Assembly (NCBI RefSeq): GCF_001949145.1
Contig: NW_019091355.1
Span: 2,648,646 to 2,712,645, forward strand
Direction of reading: 5' to 3'
DNA length: 64,000 nt
From: Acanthaster planci
Lineage: Eukaryota
In this document: one piece after another, positions 50,312 through 63,235 of the stretch
How the letters are laid out: each line of letters opens with the position of its first letter
How positions within the stretch are numbered: the first letter of the stretch is position 1
Made by a program: the position numbers and the translations under genes
The notes under the pieces: generated by a model
Seen by the model: the letters and a program-made list of their open reading frames with translations, nothing else
The model's database searches: none
Told to the model about the DNA's origin: nothing

Positions 50312-53300
50312 GTAAACTAAATAGACAGATTAATTCGGTTCCTTCCAAACAGAAACCCATGTCAGTCATATCTATAATTTTAATTTCATCTTAGTTTCCC
50401 CCCTTTTTTTAACCTGTATTTGATTTGTATCTGCTTATTTTGAAGTAGTTTGCTATATCTTGGTCAAATTTCACGTATAATAAAAAACAAAATTTAAAAT
50501 CAGAAAAAGCTGGAACAAAAATTACGCGAAAAAAGGAAGCCTGTTCCGGACACGGCCTAAATCGCACTGACTCGCTGTTTCTTTACCAGCTCGAAGAACT
50601 AGAGACCGCCTTCGCCAAGACGCATTACCCGGATGTGTTCACACGGGAGGACCTGGCCATGAGGATCAACTTGACCGAGGCCAGAGTTCAGGTGAGGTAA
50701 CTGCCGGTCTGTCCAGTCAATGTGTGAAATCTTAGGAGTTATGTAAGTTGCTTTTATATGAGCAATGCAATAACCAGTCAATTTTTGTGTGATTTATCAT
50801 CTTACTGCTGTCACTTCACGGCCTACCTTTAGGGAACTAAAAACGTACCCCAATGCTTCGCTCTAAATTGCAAACTCAAGACGTGACAGAAAACTTAGCT
50901 TCATTGCAGTTCAAAACAGGTATTTCAAAGCTGTTCACAGTTCACCATAATAAAAGAAATTACTACACGAGTTCAAAGCTGTTCACTTTCTAATGATAAC
51001 ATTTTGACTCGCCAATGCGAAAGGTATTCACATGTTCTGTTTTTAAAGCAACATTAAGAATTCCAGCATTGGAACAGCCTTAATTAAGGTCGACATACCC
51101 AGATCACACAATGACGTTCTCAGTGAATAGTTCTTGTAGGACAGGATGCCAGTTGTTCACGAATGGATCCATTGCACTTACCTACATGTATGTACTTACC
51201 TAATAAGACTATGAGACATAATGCACCAGACATGCGCAAAAGAGATGATACCTAAATGTTATACAATCATTGCTGAGCCATTTTGAGACTCGATATATAA
51301 TTTCGTTGAAACTTAATGTTATTACATTTGTTACAGTTTAATGTGTGAAATTGAACTATTTATGATTCATGGTTTTGTTGGTGTGGACTTTAACTAATTA
51401 CGTTATTTTTGACAACCTTGTAAACTCAGTTTAGGGTTGGCTGAAAGCTACAAAACATTAAACAATGTACATGCGTGATGCCATGAATTTTAAAAGGCTT
51501 TGGAAACGAGAGCGCCATCATCCGTGACTCACGACTGTAACTCAATTCAGATATCTTTTTTTTTTTTACACTCCTTCCCAAATTTTCCTAATTTGAGGCT
51601 CCCGTAAATCGCCGCTACTCGGCGGACAAATGGCGGGGTTCTGAGGGGAGGTGTTACACCATCTGCCGTGATTGCGCGTGGGAGGTGACGGGGCCGTGGT
51701 CCCCAGAGCCCGGCGTGGTTGCGTGTCGTGACGCGGGGTGAGCGCCGATTCACTGCTTGGATGCTGCCAAAATGCAATGAACAGAGAAGCAGCTGCATTA
51801 TTTTCCCTGCCGATTAGACCGCCTCGTTTTTCTTGAACATCTTTAATGGTTCTCCCTCCCTCCCATAACAAAGATCGACGGACCCTTAAATTCGTTGTTT
51901 GAGACTGAAAATTGGGGGGGGGGTGTTTTCTGCGAATTACTTCATTTTGGAAGGGTGTATAAAGTTTTATCAGGGACTACCATTCTTTGTTTTTAATGCA
52001 AACTTTCTGAAACTTATTGATACATTGTCTAAATTAGGAAATTCTTATTGGCTGGAGTTGATTCAATAGCCCTCAGTACTTATGGCGCTTCACGGTGTTT
52101 ACCGCAGTGCGTTGGTGGGACAGAATAAAGATCATGGGTATATATACACTCCTATTATAACCATGCATATAGGTAAAAAAAAGTTTGTTTTGTGTACCCA
52201 TCGTTTTAAATCTTCCAGTGAAATTATCCTTCACAACTGCAAACGGTAAGATTGTGCCTTCCCTCTCTTATGATCAAATGTAATTTTTATGTGAGCTGTT
52301 TAGGTTTCCTATTCGTGGCATATGACGACCCCCATCCTATCCCATCATGCACTGCGGTAAACACAGTGATACGTCACCAGCACGTAGGGTACAGACAAGT
52401 AAAGAAACTGCCATAGACGACAGTGACAAATATAACCCCTTTAAAAAAATCAGAAAAACACTCAAAGGTTTCTCAGGTGTTCAAGGCACATATCAAATTG
52501 AAGCTCACTTCCCCATCTATTATTTTCCTTTCAATTTTCAGTGGCCTAACCGATGACTTTTGGGGCTTTTTCTCACCAGAGAAAAATCACCCCTCACAAC
52601 AGTCGAGGCCAATCGCCATTTTGAAAATTGATACCTACACTCAATTGCAAAATAAAGCGATTTGGAGGGCCCTGTTTGGTCCAATTCTTTCAGAAATAGA
52701 AGCTGGCAGTCCTGTCCCTAGATTCCATCTTCCTTCTGAATAAACCACCCTATAGACGTGCCACAAAATGCTCTAATAGCAGAGAATTAGACAGTCCGCG
52801 CAGCCAATTTTGGACCTATTTATGGGCTTACGACCATAGCGCTTTTGGGCTAGTTGACTGCGTTAATTACGCAGGTGTATGTGCCCAAATATTTGCTGAT
52901 ACCAATTCCTGCATATGTGTGTGCACCATTAACTTGTAAACTCCAACCCAATAGACTTTGAATTCATATGCACCTGCTTTATTGAGTTTACAAGAATTTT
53001 AAGTTAATAAGTTATGCACAGATACGATAGCATAGTAACTACATCGACGTTCTCTAATAACATCATGTTGAAAGAAAATTTGGGGATTTTTTTCCTTGGG
53101 AATGCCATTTTTTCAAGTTTGTCATCATTACAGATTACCAAAATCCTCTCCGAAACTAATGTTATGCAACGTAAATCACATTATAGATCGATGTGATTTT
53201 TAAAAAACTCTACTTAACTGTGTAAAAACCAAAGCCTTGCAAAAATACGAATATACTGACAGACGCACAATTTTCAAATGATCTCCAGCAGACCTGAAGA

Positions 53301-56300
53301 TAGTGAGCAACTTTTTCATTAACCCAAAGTTCTGCACATCGACCGGATTCTGTCACCCACATTCCAATTAGACTCACGGACATCAATTAATCAAGTACGA
53401 AATTGCCGCTACTCTATGTACCCCTCTACCCCCAAAAAAGAAAAAGGTGATGCAAAGTTCTGCGACACCTGTACAGGAAGGTGTAAACCATCCCCCACCG
53501 ACATCCCTGGGTGGTACCTCTGCTCACTGATCAGTGTCCCCTCTTCTTCCCGAAGGACCTCCCCCCCCCCTCATACATACACACGCTCAGTTTGAGGATG
53601 GAGTTCGCTCGAGCTTCGTCTCACCCCGTGCGTCTACGGGTCTCGAATCTCGGCACAGGTGCGCGCTCTGTAATAATATAATTGAGTTTTTCCCCTATAA
53701 CATGATAAGGAAACGAGTCAATTCGATTACGGGTCTCCGAAGCGCTTTGTTACCTTGGACGGCTGTGCCATGCAAATCCCGCTCCCTGTGCTGTTGTGTG
53801 TTACATACGGTGGCCGGGACCTTGTCCATGTGCCAACGACGCTCACACGCGGGCGACAGATCTTCTAATTATAATGTCCTAACGTGATTTGAGGTTCTGT
53901 GCCGTAGGACAGAACTAGGAAAATTGGTGTTGCGCCCCGTCCCCCCCCAAACTGAGAGTAAATATACCTCACATGCAACGTCACTGGTTTGGTTTGTTTC
54001 GGTGTAGCTTTGATTAGGCCCTAATGTAAAAAAAAAAACCAAAAATTTGTAAAATGACTAAATAGTGCTTACCCGTAGGCTACCTAGGCGCTGAAGTAAC
54101 ACTAATAATGTCTTTATAATTATGTGGCAAAGGGATTTCAAAATAGTATTTGAGGAACCAGTATATTTTATGATAAAAACACTACCAATGGGAAGCTGAT
54201 TGTCCTCCGACGGTCAGTTTTTTAAAAAAAGGATGTTCCTGGGACTGGGATGTTGGGCTATATCGAAGCAAGTAATTCAAGATGTTGGCGTATTATTGTA
54301 TCTCAGGTTTTCCGAAAATTAAAAAAGATGATAAATGATTGAAAATCTCTTGGTGGGCTCAAGCCCGTAGAATTCCCCTTCCCCACGTGCCACTGTAAGA
54401 AAAAATTTTGCCCTTTTCCCTTTCTTTGATTTTTGTGTATTTTATTATTTATTGGTATTGTTATTTTTTTTTTTACCTTTATTTCGGATAAATGTTACCC
54501 CGTACCTAATCTATTGGACTTTACGTTCGGAATTGGCATTTTTTGGTTACTGAGAGAATACAAGGCGTACGGTAAACACTACAGAATAAAATGCAATGAA
54601 GAAGACCGATTAGTATATGATTTTTTTTTCACATGACCAAGTCGATCGAAAACTGGCGTTTGGTTTGTACAGGGCTTGCATATGCATTGTCTCTGCGTGG
54701 CAGGTTTTGCTAATCTCACGGCCCAGCGCCCACGACGCGGTTTTCCGTTTCTCGCATCGCTCCAGCCGGCTCCCTCTGGTCGACAGTGGGCTGCATCTCT
54801 CTCGTCCCTTCCCCATTCACTACCCCGTCCTTGGTCCTTATGAATCTGTTAACTCATCGCCTATCGCCCCCAGCGTCAAAACCCCAAGGTAATTAATGTC
54901 CAAACCTTGTATGAAACCCGACCGCCGAGATGCTATGAATACCGCGCACTGAAAAATAATACCTTAATTGGACGTGATCCCATTAAAGTCTCATTCTGGT
55001 TTCCTCCGCACTGTCGGCTTCAGCGGCAGCGTGCGGTGACAGGCTGAGCGCCGTATCATATATACGGGGAGGAGAGAGTCGTTACGTTACGGGTCAGAGT
55101 TTATTGGTTTAAGGCCAGCAAAGTAAAATCGTCACGTGTTCAAAGCATCTGGTCCCTGCTTAGAACAGTTGCCACTTTTTTTCAGTTGGAAAGATTTTTG
55201 TGGCAGTTTGTCCCTCTTTCTTTTTCCCACGTGGTGATTTTTATGGGTTTCCGCATGGAGGGATTTGTTACAAACCAAAGTGAAAAATGGACGTCGAATT
55301 ATGTACAAAACAATGAGAATTGTCTCCTGTTTCACAATTCAGGTGTAGTTTTTCCAAAGCCCACTGCAGCGGCGGTTCTTGTGGATGGAAGCAGCAATAT
55401 GTCACTCTAGCAGTTTTTAATTTCCTTTTTTTTTCAATTGGGTGAAAAGGCCAATTTCGGGGGATTATTCATTTTCGTTTCCCTCTCCCCCCAAAGTGCA
55501 GGGTGTAGAAAATTTTCAATGTAGTCTCACACCAGAAATCAATCGTTTTTTGACCCAAAAACATAATTGGTCCTAGATCGGCTCTTGCTGAAGCCACGTG
55601 CTCCAACTCGAGACACGGAAGTTTTTGAAATGGCTGCCGTGCATATTTATATGCTTTTTTTTTTCAGTTTCATGCTTGTCACAGTTAAATTTTATTTTTG
55701 TCTCTGGATTTACCAGGTCTGGTTTCAGAACCGAAGAGCAAAATGGCGAAAGGCAGAGCGAATGAAGAGTGAGCAGAAGGTCGGAGGTCACACCAGCGAC
55801 TCCAACTCCACCGACGACTCGACCAAGGCCGAGGCCGACAACTCGCCCGAGTCCACCACCGGTGCGGAAGCCGAGGAGTACATCAACGCCGAGAGGACTT
55901 CGACAAGTCCACGCGCGGCCGTCTCGCCGGCTGTCGTCGCGCCGAGGTCCGGCATTGCGGCCGCGGCCTTGTCGCCCGGATCTCTACGACAAGGACAAGC
56001 CCCTGTATTGTGGGCGGGGCCTGTCCCACCAGGGTTGGAGAGGTATGAGAAAACTGATATAACTAGGCAAATTTACGAGAGAATTGGTGCTCGGAATGTA
56101 AGAGATGATACTACAAATTGTCATTGTTTTGTTTCAGATACAACCCAAGTCTCTGCACGTTTCCTGCCTCAATGACGACGCCTTACGCATCACAACTCAT
56201 ATCATATGCTGCACGAAAAGGTGAATAATGGAGCATTCAACCATAAAAACTCGCATAAGATAACACAGTGCGAGGGAAAGTGTGGAAGACGCCCGACAGG

Positions 56301-57107
56301 ATACAAAGGATGGACTATGTCCATGGGCCACACATACATTATGCGTGTACATGTTCAAGTAACAGAGCAACAGACAGAATGCACTAATTTTCCACAATTC
56401 ACCTCCAACTTTGTCTTCTAGTAAGGAAACTGTTTCAAAGTGTCATTTGCGTGACAAATATGAACGACTAAGAGATTATTTGAAACCTCTCTATCAATTT
56501 ACGTTCAAATCAACACTTATTTCTATCAGATGACAAATATACAGTAAGACAGAAGACAGAATTTCGTTGCCCAGCTGAGCACCAGGAAAACACGAGCAGT
56601 CGAAACTGATATCACTTGGTGTCTTTCTAATTAATCTCTAGATATAATCAGCACTCTTATTAAATAAAATCTGTTATGGGAAGAAATTCTGTAGCCTCAA
56701 GTCCCTTGAATCATCTTGACTCATTTCTGTTTCATTGTTTTCCAGTCTTTTTACAATAGATCTGTATGACAAGGTATAGGCTAACTTAGTTAGCTTTAGC
56801 AACCTTGGTATAACAGAGTTGATTTCTGCAAATTCACCTTTAAAAAGATACATTCTTGTTTCTGCTTACAGGATCTTACAATCCATTTATGTATGGCAGT
56901 TACAGCCTTGCAACCAGTCTGAAGTCTCCGCCTATGTCATCTTTCGCTGTGCTGGAAACGCAAGAAAAGAGGTCCCTCAGCTTGGCAGCCCTACGCATGC
57001 GTGCCAGAGAATACAGCGAAGCTGTTGCTAGGGCGGCCGTGGGGGGCCCTCCATCATGTGACCAGCGGGGTAGCGACCACGGGTTCAGAGCATCAAATCG
57101 AAGTTAA
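50223..57107 (+). CDS. DRGX: Dorsal root ganglia homeobox (DRGX/Prrxl1), a paired-like Q50 homeodomain with OAR motif; first coding exon not located. Join 50223-50311,50590-50691,55717-56042,56138-56220,56872-57107
   Basis: Translation [69 protein letters not shown] closely matches my recollection of vertebrate DRGX ([20 protein letters not shown]...[25 protein letters not shown]). OAR-like [16 protein letters not shown] lies near the C-terminus. Phases are consistent. Confidence 0.9.
50590..50691 (+). CDS. DRGX: DRGX exon (homeodomain helices 1-3)
   Basis: ttaccag acceptor; [34 protein letters not shown]; gtgagg donor; followed by the typical PRD-class intron between Q46 and V47. Confidence 0.95.
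55717..56042 (+). CDS. DRGX: DRGX exon (homeodomain end and linker)
   Basis: ttaccag acceptor; [15 protein letters not shown]...GPVPPGLE; ag|gtatga donor, phase 2. Confidence 0.9.
56138..56220 (+). CDS. DRGX: DRGX small internal exon
   Basis: gtttcag acceptor; [27 protein letters not shown]; g|gtgaat donor. It is phase 2->1, exactly what is needed to reconcile the flanking exons. Confidence 0.75.
56872..57107 (+). CDS. DRGX: DRGX terminal exon with OAR motif
   Basis: cttacag acceptor; [17 protein letters not shown]...[20 protein letters not shown]...NRS*. Confidence 0.88.
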
Positions 57108-60100
57108 ATTAGTCGAAGTCAAGCGTGTTGATAAGTTGTGTAAAACGATGATTGTTCCAAGAAATAACACACCTCAAAGATCACTCCACTATGGGTTCCT
57201 CGAATCTTGAGATGAAAGGGGTACCGTTTGTGGTAAAAAAAATATATATCTGCACTCCAACTTGCTGCATGTATTCTTATTTATATTGCATACATTTACT
57301 AATTTACAATTTACCTGTGGTTTGGCTATGTGACAGTTGGGTTTTATTTACAAAATCAATTTTTCAACAATAGATAACTAATTTGATATGAGTGACTCTC
57401 TAAACTATACAAGAGCGTGTGCACCTAGGTATTCAATATTGGATTTGGATGGCGTTCCACAGGTCAACCTCGGTGCAGGATATTTTTATACGTGACGCTG
57501 AATAAATTATGTTCAAGTTTTCAGTAATGTTTTTAAAATGATGCCGGTTGAAAGCATGGTGGCAGTTACACCACTTCAAATGTGACAGTTAGGTTCACAC
57601 TGGACCAGGTTGCGGACGTCAAGACGTCCTTGTTAAATCCCATTTCCTTCACACCTGATGTTGTGTGTACTTTTCTTGACTTCTATTACAAAATCAAATG
57701 AAGAAAAATGAAAATGAACGTAAAAATACACATGTACTTTTTTGACACGAAGTATATTTTACTCAAGAACACGAGGATATTTTCCAGACCTTACGGATCA
57801 CTTTCTTATTTAATAAGTCACCATATCAATAATGATTTCGGCCTGGCACAACCCGCGCGTGTTTATGGTGATAATTCATTCATGTGGTAAGTTGTAATGA
57901 CAGTCTCTGTTACATGTCCCGGTTACATTATTACTTTAACTGCAAGACTTTTGTATGCTGTCTTTACGAACTACCCAGAGGATTGCTTTCATGTTATAGT
58001 AATTTCACATTAAAATAAAGAGCGACAAGCGGGTACTTCCCGCTGACGCTATTTGCTTTATGATTATTAAAAAAAAAAACAGGAAAAGAAATGCAGGTTT
58101 CATTTTGGGTTGTTTGAACACAAGAACACTTGTTTGTCTTGGGACTTATTTTGAACTTTTAATAGAAATTGATGTGTGTGAGGCAGATGTGGTGTTATCA
58201 CAGTTTTATCGAAATTAAATCTAGCTTGGGCACATATGGTCAATGGTATAGTTGCCGATGTCATAAAATACTATAGCATAATATAATTTTACACTAAAAA
58301 CTTTGTCATTCTCTGACTTTCACTTTATCTATGAAACCTTTTAGATTTGGTGTCATATGGAAAGTAATTTTGACTTACCACAATCGATATTGGTGTGAGC
58401 TAAGCCAGTGTTATCAGTCCAGCTTTAAATGTCGGTGCTCAGTTCTAAAGCGCTGTTTTTGCAGTTGGTCTTTCACACGACATGCTGCATTATAATTCAA
58501 TTTTTGTACTTTCCTTTGATCGATATTGTAAGGAAAGTAAGGAGGACCTTTCTGTAATTGACCTTCAGACTGGTGAAGTCATGGATTTAGAACCAGTCGT
58601 TGAAGTGGCGCACCCCAGTTGACTGATGTATGCGGGGACACGCACTTAATCTGTCGACCAGCCCGAGGTTCGATCTGCGCGCTCCCTGCTTAAATCCAAT
58701 CAAATTTTCGATGCCTTGGGGTCACGGCCCTTCAACTTGTTAGTCTTTCAGCGTTAACAAGTTTTTATCTTGTCAGGAAGGTAGGCGTGTGGAATGCTTG
58801 AGGGGCAGAGAGGGGACTTTGGGCAGAGGAAAGAGCACAGTGCAATCGCCCCTCGTCATTGATTTGCAGATTGCTCATTGAATTAAAGGAGGGTTCAAGG
58901 TTAATTGGTTTGGGAAAAAAGAATATTTTATTCAGAGGTGCGAGCATACACCTGTTTAAGTTACATTTTTATGCATTTCTCTTCCCGATTTATTGTGTAT
59001 TGGAGCTATATGACAATCACATGTAAATAAAGATGGACAACGATGTATGTAATAATGCGCCCAACATCGTGGTTCGCATCACTTTATAAATGGCAGTGCG
59101 CATGTTATTTGCACGACAGACGCCTGTGGCTATGCTGATCCGTGACAAGCGATGACAGACTTCATTTATCTAACAATGAAAGATGGAGATACATGTACGC
59201 GAATTTGGAAGTCAATACAGGGGGTTTAAGTCCACGGACAATTATTAAGTTCAACAGCCGCCAGGTTTCATCTCCCTAATCTTTACACACACATACCTGT
59301 TTTACATACAAAGTGTGGACATTCCTTTATTCTCCTGTGGCTAATTGAAGGAAACTTGAAGAAAATGCTCCTTTTTCTCCAACTAGGATAACTCCTTCGA
59401 GCTGGATTTTTGATGATAATTTCCTGGACTGTTCCTCTTCATTTTGTCACAGATAACCTTGACCCCAAAATGCCTCTGAAACTGTTTTTCAGAGAGGAGA
59501 AAGCATTGTGTGGACGGGTGCAAATCCACACAATGTCATCACACCCTACATTATGTGGACTTCTTTCATGCAGAGATCCACACTATGTATGCCGCGACTG
59601 CATACACAACAAACTCACACAAACACTCGGTCAGATGACCAGAATTTGAATCTGCGTTTGCTCGATCAAGGCTTGTTAGGGTAAAAAAGGAAAACTTTCG
59701 GGTCAACATAAGGAGGAACCTTTGTCATATTTGACCCGGAAAAGTGTTTTCCGAATAACAGTTGACAAATAGTTCACAACGAGTAATGCCTTAAATCAGT
59801 GCGTATGAACATGAGTCTTTGGTTATTTTTTAACAAATACAGCACAAGGAGTGTAAACACGTTTTGAACCAGGTGATTAAAAGTTACGTCACTAAAATCA
59901 AACTTTTTATTTTGTCTCTCATTGCAACGAATCATTTTCTTTGAATAAAGTGTGTCGTCTTTTTTTAAGCTTTCTCTGCTGATTACTTTTAATTTACCTT
60001 GATGACAGAATTTTTCACCTAAATAGGCAAAAATTTGTCCTGCTTATTTGTATGACTGGGTTTCATATCAATATGGCTTCCACCCCCCCCTCTGTCACTA

Positions 60101-60368
60101 ACTACAACCATAGCAACAACATAACGTCTTCATCATGCATCATTTTTCATTTGAATTCAAGTTAGTCAATAGCTTTTCCTATCCTCTAATCGCTTTCTTA
60201 TATTTTTAGTTTATTTATGTGTTTTCTGTTAGATTGAACGTTTTATGTGGCGGGCCTAGAAATGAACAGCGCCCCCACGATGGATGACACGTCGACGGCC
60301 GGTCGGTGACGTGCGAGAGTCAGAAATTTTTTTTATCATAGCGCCCTCAATCAGCTAATGTGATCAAA

Positions 60369-60471
60369 ATGGCCGACATTAGTGTCAGACGAGAGGCGAG
60401 GAGGAGAAAACTGTTGCAGAGTTCAGAAGAACGGCTGCAGAAAATTAAGCAGTTGAATGAGAAAAAACAAG
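60369..60471 (+). CDS. CAMLG: CAMLG exon 1
   Basis: aaaATGG start context; RREARRRKLLQSSEERL; g|gtaaga donor. Confidence 0.9.
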
Positions 60472-63235
60472 GTAAGACTTGGGTCGGCTGAACGGGACTA
60501 TCAAATGTTTAATGATACACAAGTGACCAGCCCAGGTTGGGCGTTGTCTTCATTTACGACTGACGTCCAGGTGGTATACTGGTAGGTAGCCTTAGCCCCA
60601 CTAGTGTGGCACGGACTCTCACTCCCGATCCATCCTTAGCCACACATCCTTATACGCAATTTCGTGTCGGCGTATTGAACATTTCGGCGCACCCACAATA
60701 AAGTCGTTGAACGTTATGTCACTGACACTTGACCCCTCATCGTCTCGACGGCTGTTCCATGTCAAGACATGTAATACACGGACTGGTCGATAAGATACTA
60801 CATGTACCAGTGGCAGTGGGCTCTTCCAAAATTTTGGCAGCAGTTTAGATGTCTTGACATGGAACAGCCGTCGAGACGATGAGGGGTCAAGTGACGTAAT
60901 ATTCAATGACGTTATTTTAAAGATGGTGACTGTGAGAGCGAGCCCGTGAAATTGAATGGATAAAGGCAAAAAGACTGGAAAATACCTGAATAACGTGAGT
61001 GAAATCATTCAATAAATGGTTTTTAGAAAGCGGAAAGGTCAAGAATCATGTTCATGTGCAAAAGAAATTGCGTCCACGATGATAAGTGGGTGCGCCGAAA
61101 TGTTCAATACGTCGACACGAAATTGCGTATATGGATGTGTGGCTAAGGATGGATCGGGAGTGAGAGTCCATGCCACACTTGTGGGGCTAGTAGGGCCTAG
61201 GCCTATGTAAAAAAAGTCCTGTCCTAGTCCTAGACTAGCCCAACACTTAGGGCTGTAGTGGCTCTCTTTTATAATCTGTCTCTTTTCTGTCGCCACCACA
61301 GCCCTACTTCAAGAATTCCATAAATGTTGTGTTGAAATTACTAAATACATTTGCTGAAGTTAGGCTATTACATGCGGATAATTTCAGAGAATTTTGCCAC
61401 TGGTGAACCGAAGGAGGATTCAGTGTTGTTGGCAGCCATAACAACACCAATTGCCTCAGTCAACCAAGCACAGTCTGAGAGTGCAAAGGAAGGCGACAGC
61501 ATAACTTCTACGTTGCCACCAGAATGTTTACAAGCACGTCGCCCTCATCAGACAGATGTTGACAGAACCACAGCAGAGTCAGGTGACCAGACAAACAACA
61601 TACCAGAGTTTCACGCCACCGAGGAAGCAACCAGCGCAAGCGTCAGAAAAATGTTTGGTGAAGTTGAAATGGACTATGAGGGTGACACTGAGGCAGTGTC
61701 CAGCACAGCGTCAGTTGCCGCTAGTCAAGAGACTTCGGAGAGAAACCTGAAATTTCCTCAAGAGAGTGACCACAGCCCAGAATCCACTGCCAGTGTGGAA
61801 GACTCAGACCCCGACAACTGCACTTCCGTCGCACATTCCCCACACCCCGCTCCCAGCAAGCCTATTCCAAATAGCCTTTTACAAAATAGATCTCCACCCA
61901 TTCCTCCATTTGGCAACATTCCGAGTTCTGCGGCAGCTACATCGCCATTGCCATCTCAACCTGGGACACCTGTACATGTAGTTAGACAAGATGCACACGA
62001 TCCCTCTGTTGCAGCTGACACTAGGCACTTCTTGACAGTGAGAGAAATGTGTGTAGTCCTTCTAGCAATTCTGCTGCGCCTCTCACTAAATACCGATTGG
62101 TTTCAAAGCTTCATTGGCCAGGTAAGATTTTTTAAACTGAAATAGAGTTAGGTTAATTGACCTGTATTTATCAATCAATTAGCATTTCCGTTACATTACC
62201 GAACTGAGTGATATATCAAAACAGGGCTCGGTTTACTCCTTCTAATGCAAACTGAAACAAAACTAACGAAAAAAATGGCCTCATTTGTGGCATCCGATCA
62301 CAAATATTCAAGCAAATTATTCAAAGTTAGGACTTACTCTTAATGAAAACCTGACCCTGTGCATGCACCACTGGGCCCATTGGCTATTTCTGAAACGGTC
62401 TATTCATGGCCGCAGTGTGACTAAATAAAATTTCTTCAAAGCATTTCAGCGAGGGACCTTCACCTTTGTCATAATGATCAACTGAAATGATCCTGCAACT
62501 TTGTCAGTTGTTGTACAGCTGCTCAGGTAATGACAAGGTGTCATCTCTGTTTCCAATTTCCTTGTTTTGCAGTCGGTAATCATTCCATTTATTGCACTGC
62601 AAGTCATGTTCTTCTGTCTGAGTCCCCAGACTCAGGTGAGTCACAGTTTCTCTCGTTTGTTTTCCTAGGGAAGGGTCAGAAAAATCTAGTATGTCATTTT
62701 GTAAAGACATGCTTGCATCTCATGTGTATGTGACAGGAGGACGTCAAAATGTTTGCCCCAAAGTAGAACCAGACACAAGATTGTGACAAGTGTTGTATGT
62801 TGTATATCAAGTTATAGGAATGATAAATTGCCTTATTTGAATATTGTGCTGCCTGCCATGTAGAACTCGTGCAGACTCGAGAAACTCAAGGGTGAGCTCA
62901 TTAATTTCATTAATCTTATCTTTTGAAACCTGGAAAGAAACATAGGGTCACCAATGAAAATGTATTTTGTACAGTTGCTTAAAACCAGTGGCCAGATTTG
63001 TGAGCTAAAGTGAGCTTTACTGCACAGTTTTTTTCCAATTTTCTTCTCCCAGCACCCGCCAAGTGGTCTTATAGTGAAACTTCTAAGCTTTGCAGCCGTT
63101 ATGAGCAACATACCCCAAGCCACCATCCAGAAGATTCAACTGGCCTTTTCCTTAGCAAACCAGTTCTGCCAAGATCTGGCATTCTACCTGTTTGCATTCA
63201 TCTTGACACATGAAATCGTGGAAGTTCTTTCGTGA
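60369..63235 (+). CDS. CAMLG: Calcium signal-modulating cyclophilin ligand / GET2 (tail-anchored protein insertase subunit), 360 aa. Join 60369-60471,61388-62121,62573-62635,63053-63235
   Basis: N-terminal MADISVRREARRRKLLQSSEERLQKI resembles the CAML TRC40/Get3-binding RRRKLL-x-x-SE motif. C-terminal hydrophobic segments are CVVLLAILLRL, SVIIPFIALQVMFF and DLAFYLFAFILTHEI. The join is 1083 nt with consistent phases. Confidence 0.9.
60593..61189. mobile_element. MITE with about 104-bp TIRs in CAMLG intron 1
   Basis: 60593-60696 is a near-perfect reverse complement of 61086-61189; TA at both ends. Confidence 0.85.
60727..60892. mobile_element. Nested small MITE with perfect 44-bp TIRs
   Basis: acttgacccctcatcgtctcgacggctgttccatgtcaagacat and its exact reverse complement; flanked by gac on both sides. 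Confidence 0.8.
61388..62121 (+). CDS. CAMLG: CAMLG exon 2
   Basis: Lies within ORF 61351..62145; tttcag acceptor, phase 1; cag|gtaaga donor. Confidence 0.88.
62573..62635 (+). CDS. CAMLG: CAMLG exon 3
   Basis: ttttgcag acceptor; SVIIPFIALQVMFFCLSPQTQ; gtgagt donor. Confidence 0.88.
63053..63235 (+). CDS. CAMLG: CAMLG exon 4
   Basis: ctcccag acceptor; HPPSGLIVKLLSFAAVMSNIPQATIQKIQLAFSLANQFCQDLAFYLFAFILTHEIVEVLS*. Confidence 0.9.
   Translation, partial: HPPSGLIVKLLSFAAVMSNIPQATIQKIQLAFSLANQFCQDLAFYLFAFILTHEIVEVLS

Noticed and set aside
55567..56175. ORF taken as a complete homeobox protein
   Set aside because: Only 55717-56042 is exonic in this frame; the flanks are intron read-through.
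50223..57107. Assignment to Arx, Alx or Phox2
   Set aside because: [20 protein letters not shown] and INLTEARVQ...WRK-x-ER fit DRGX better.
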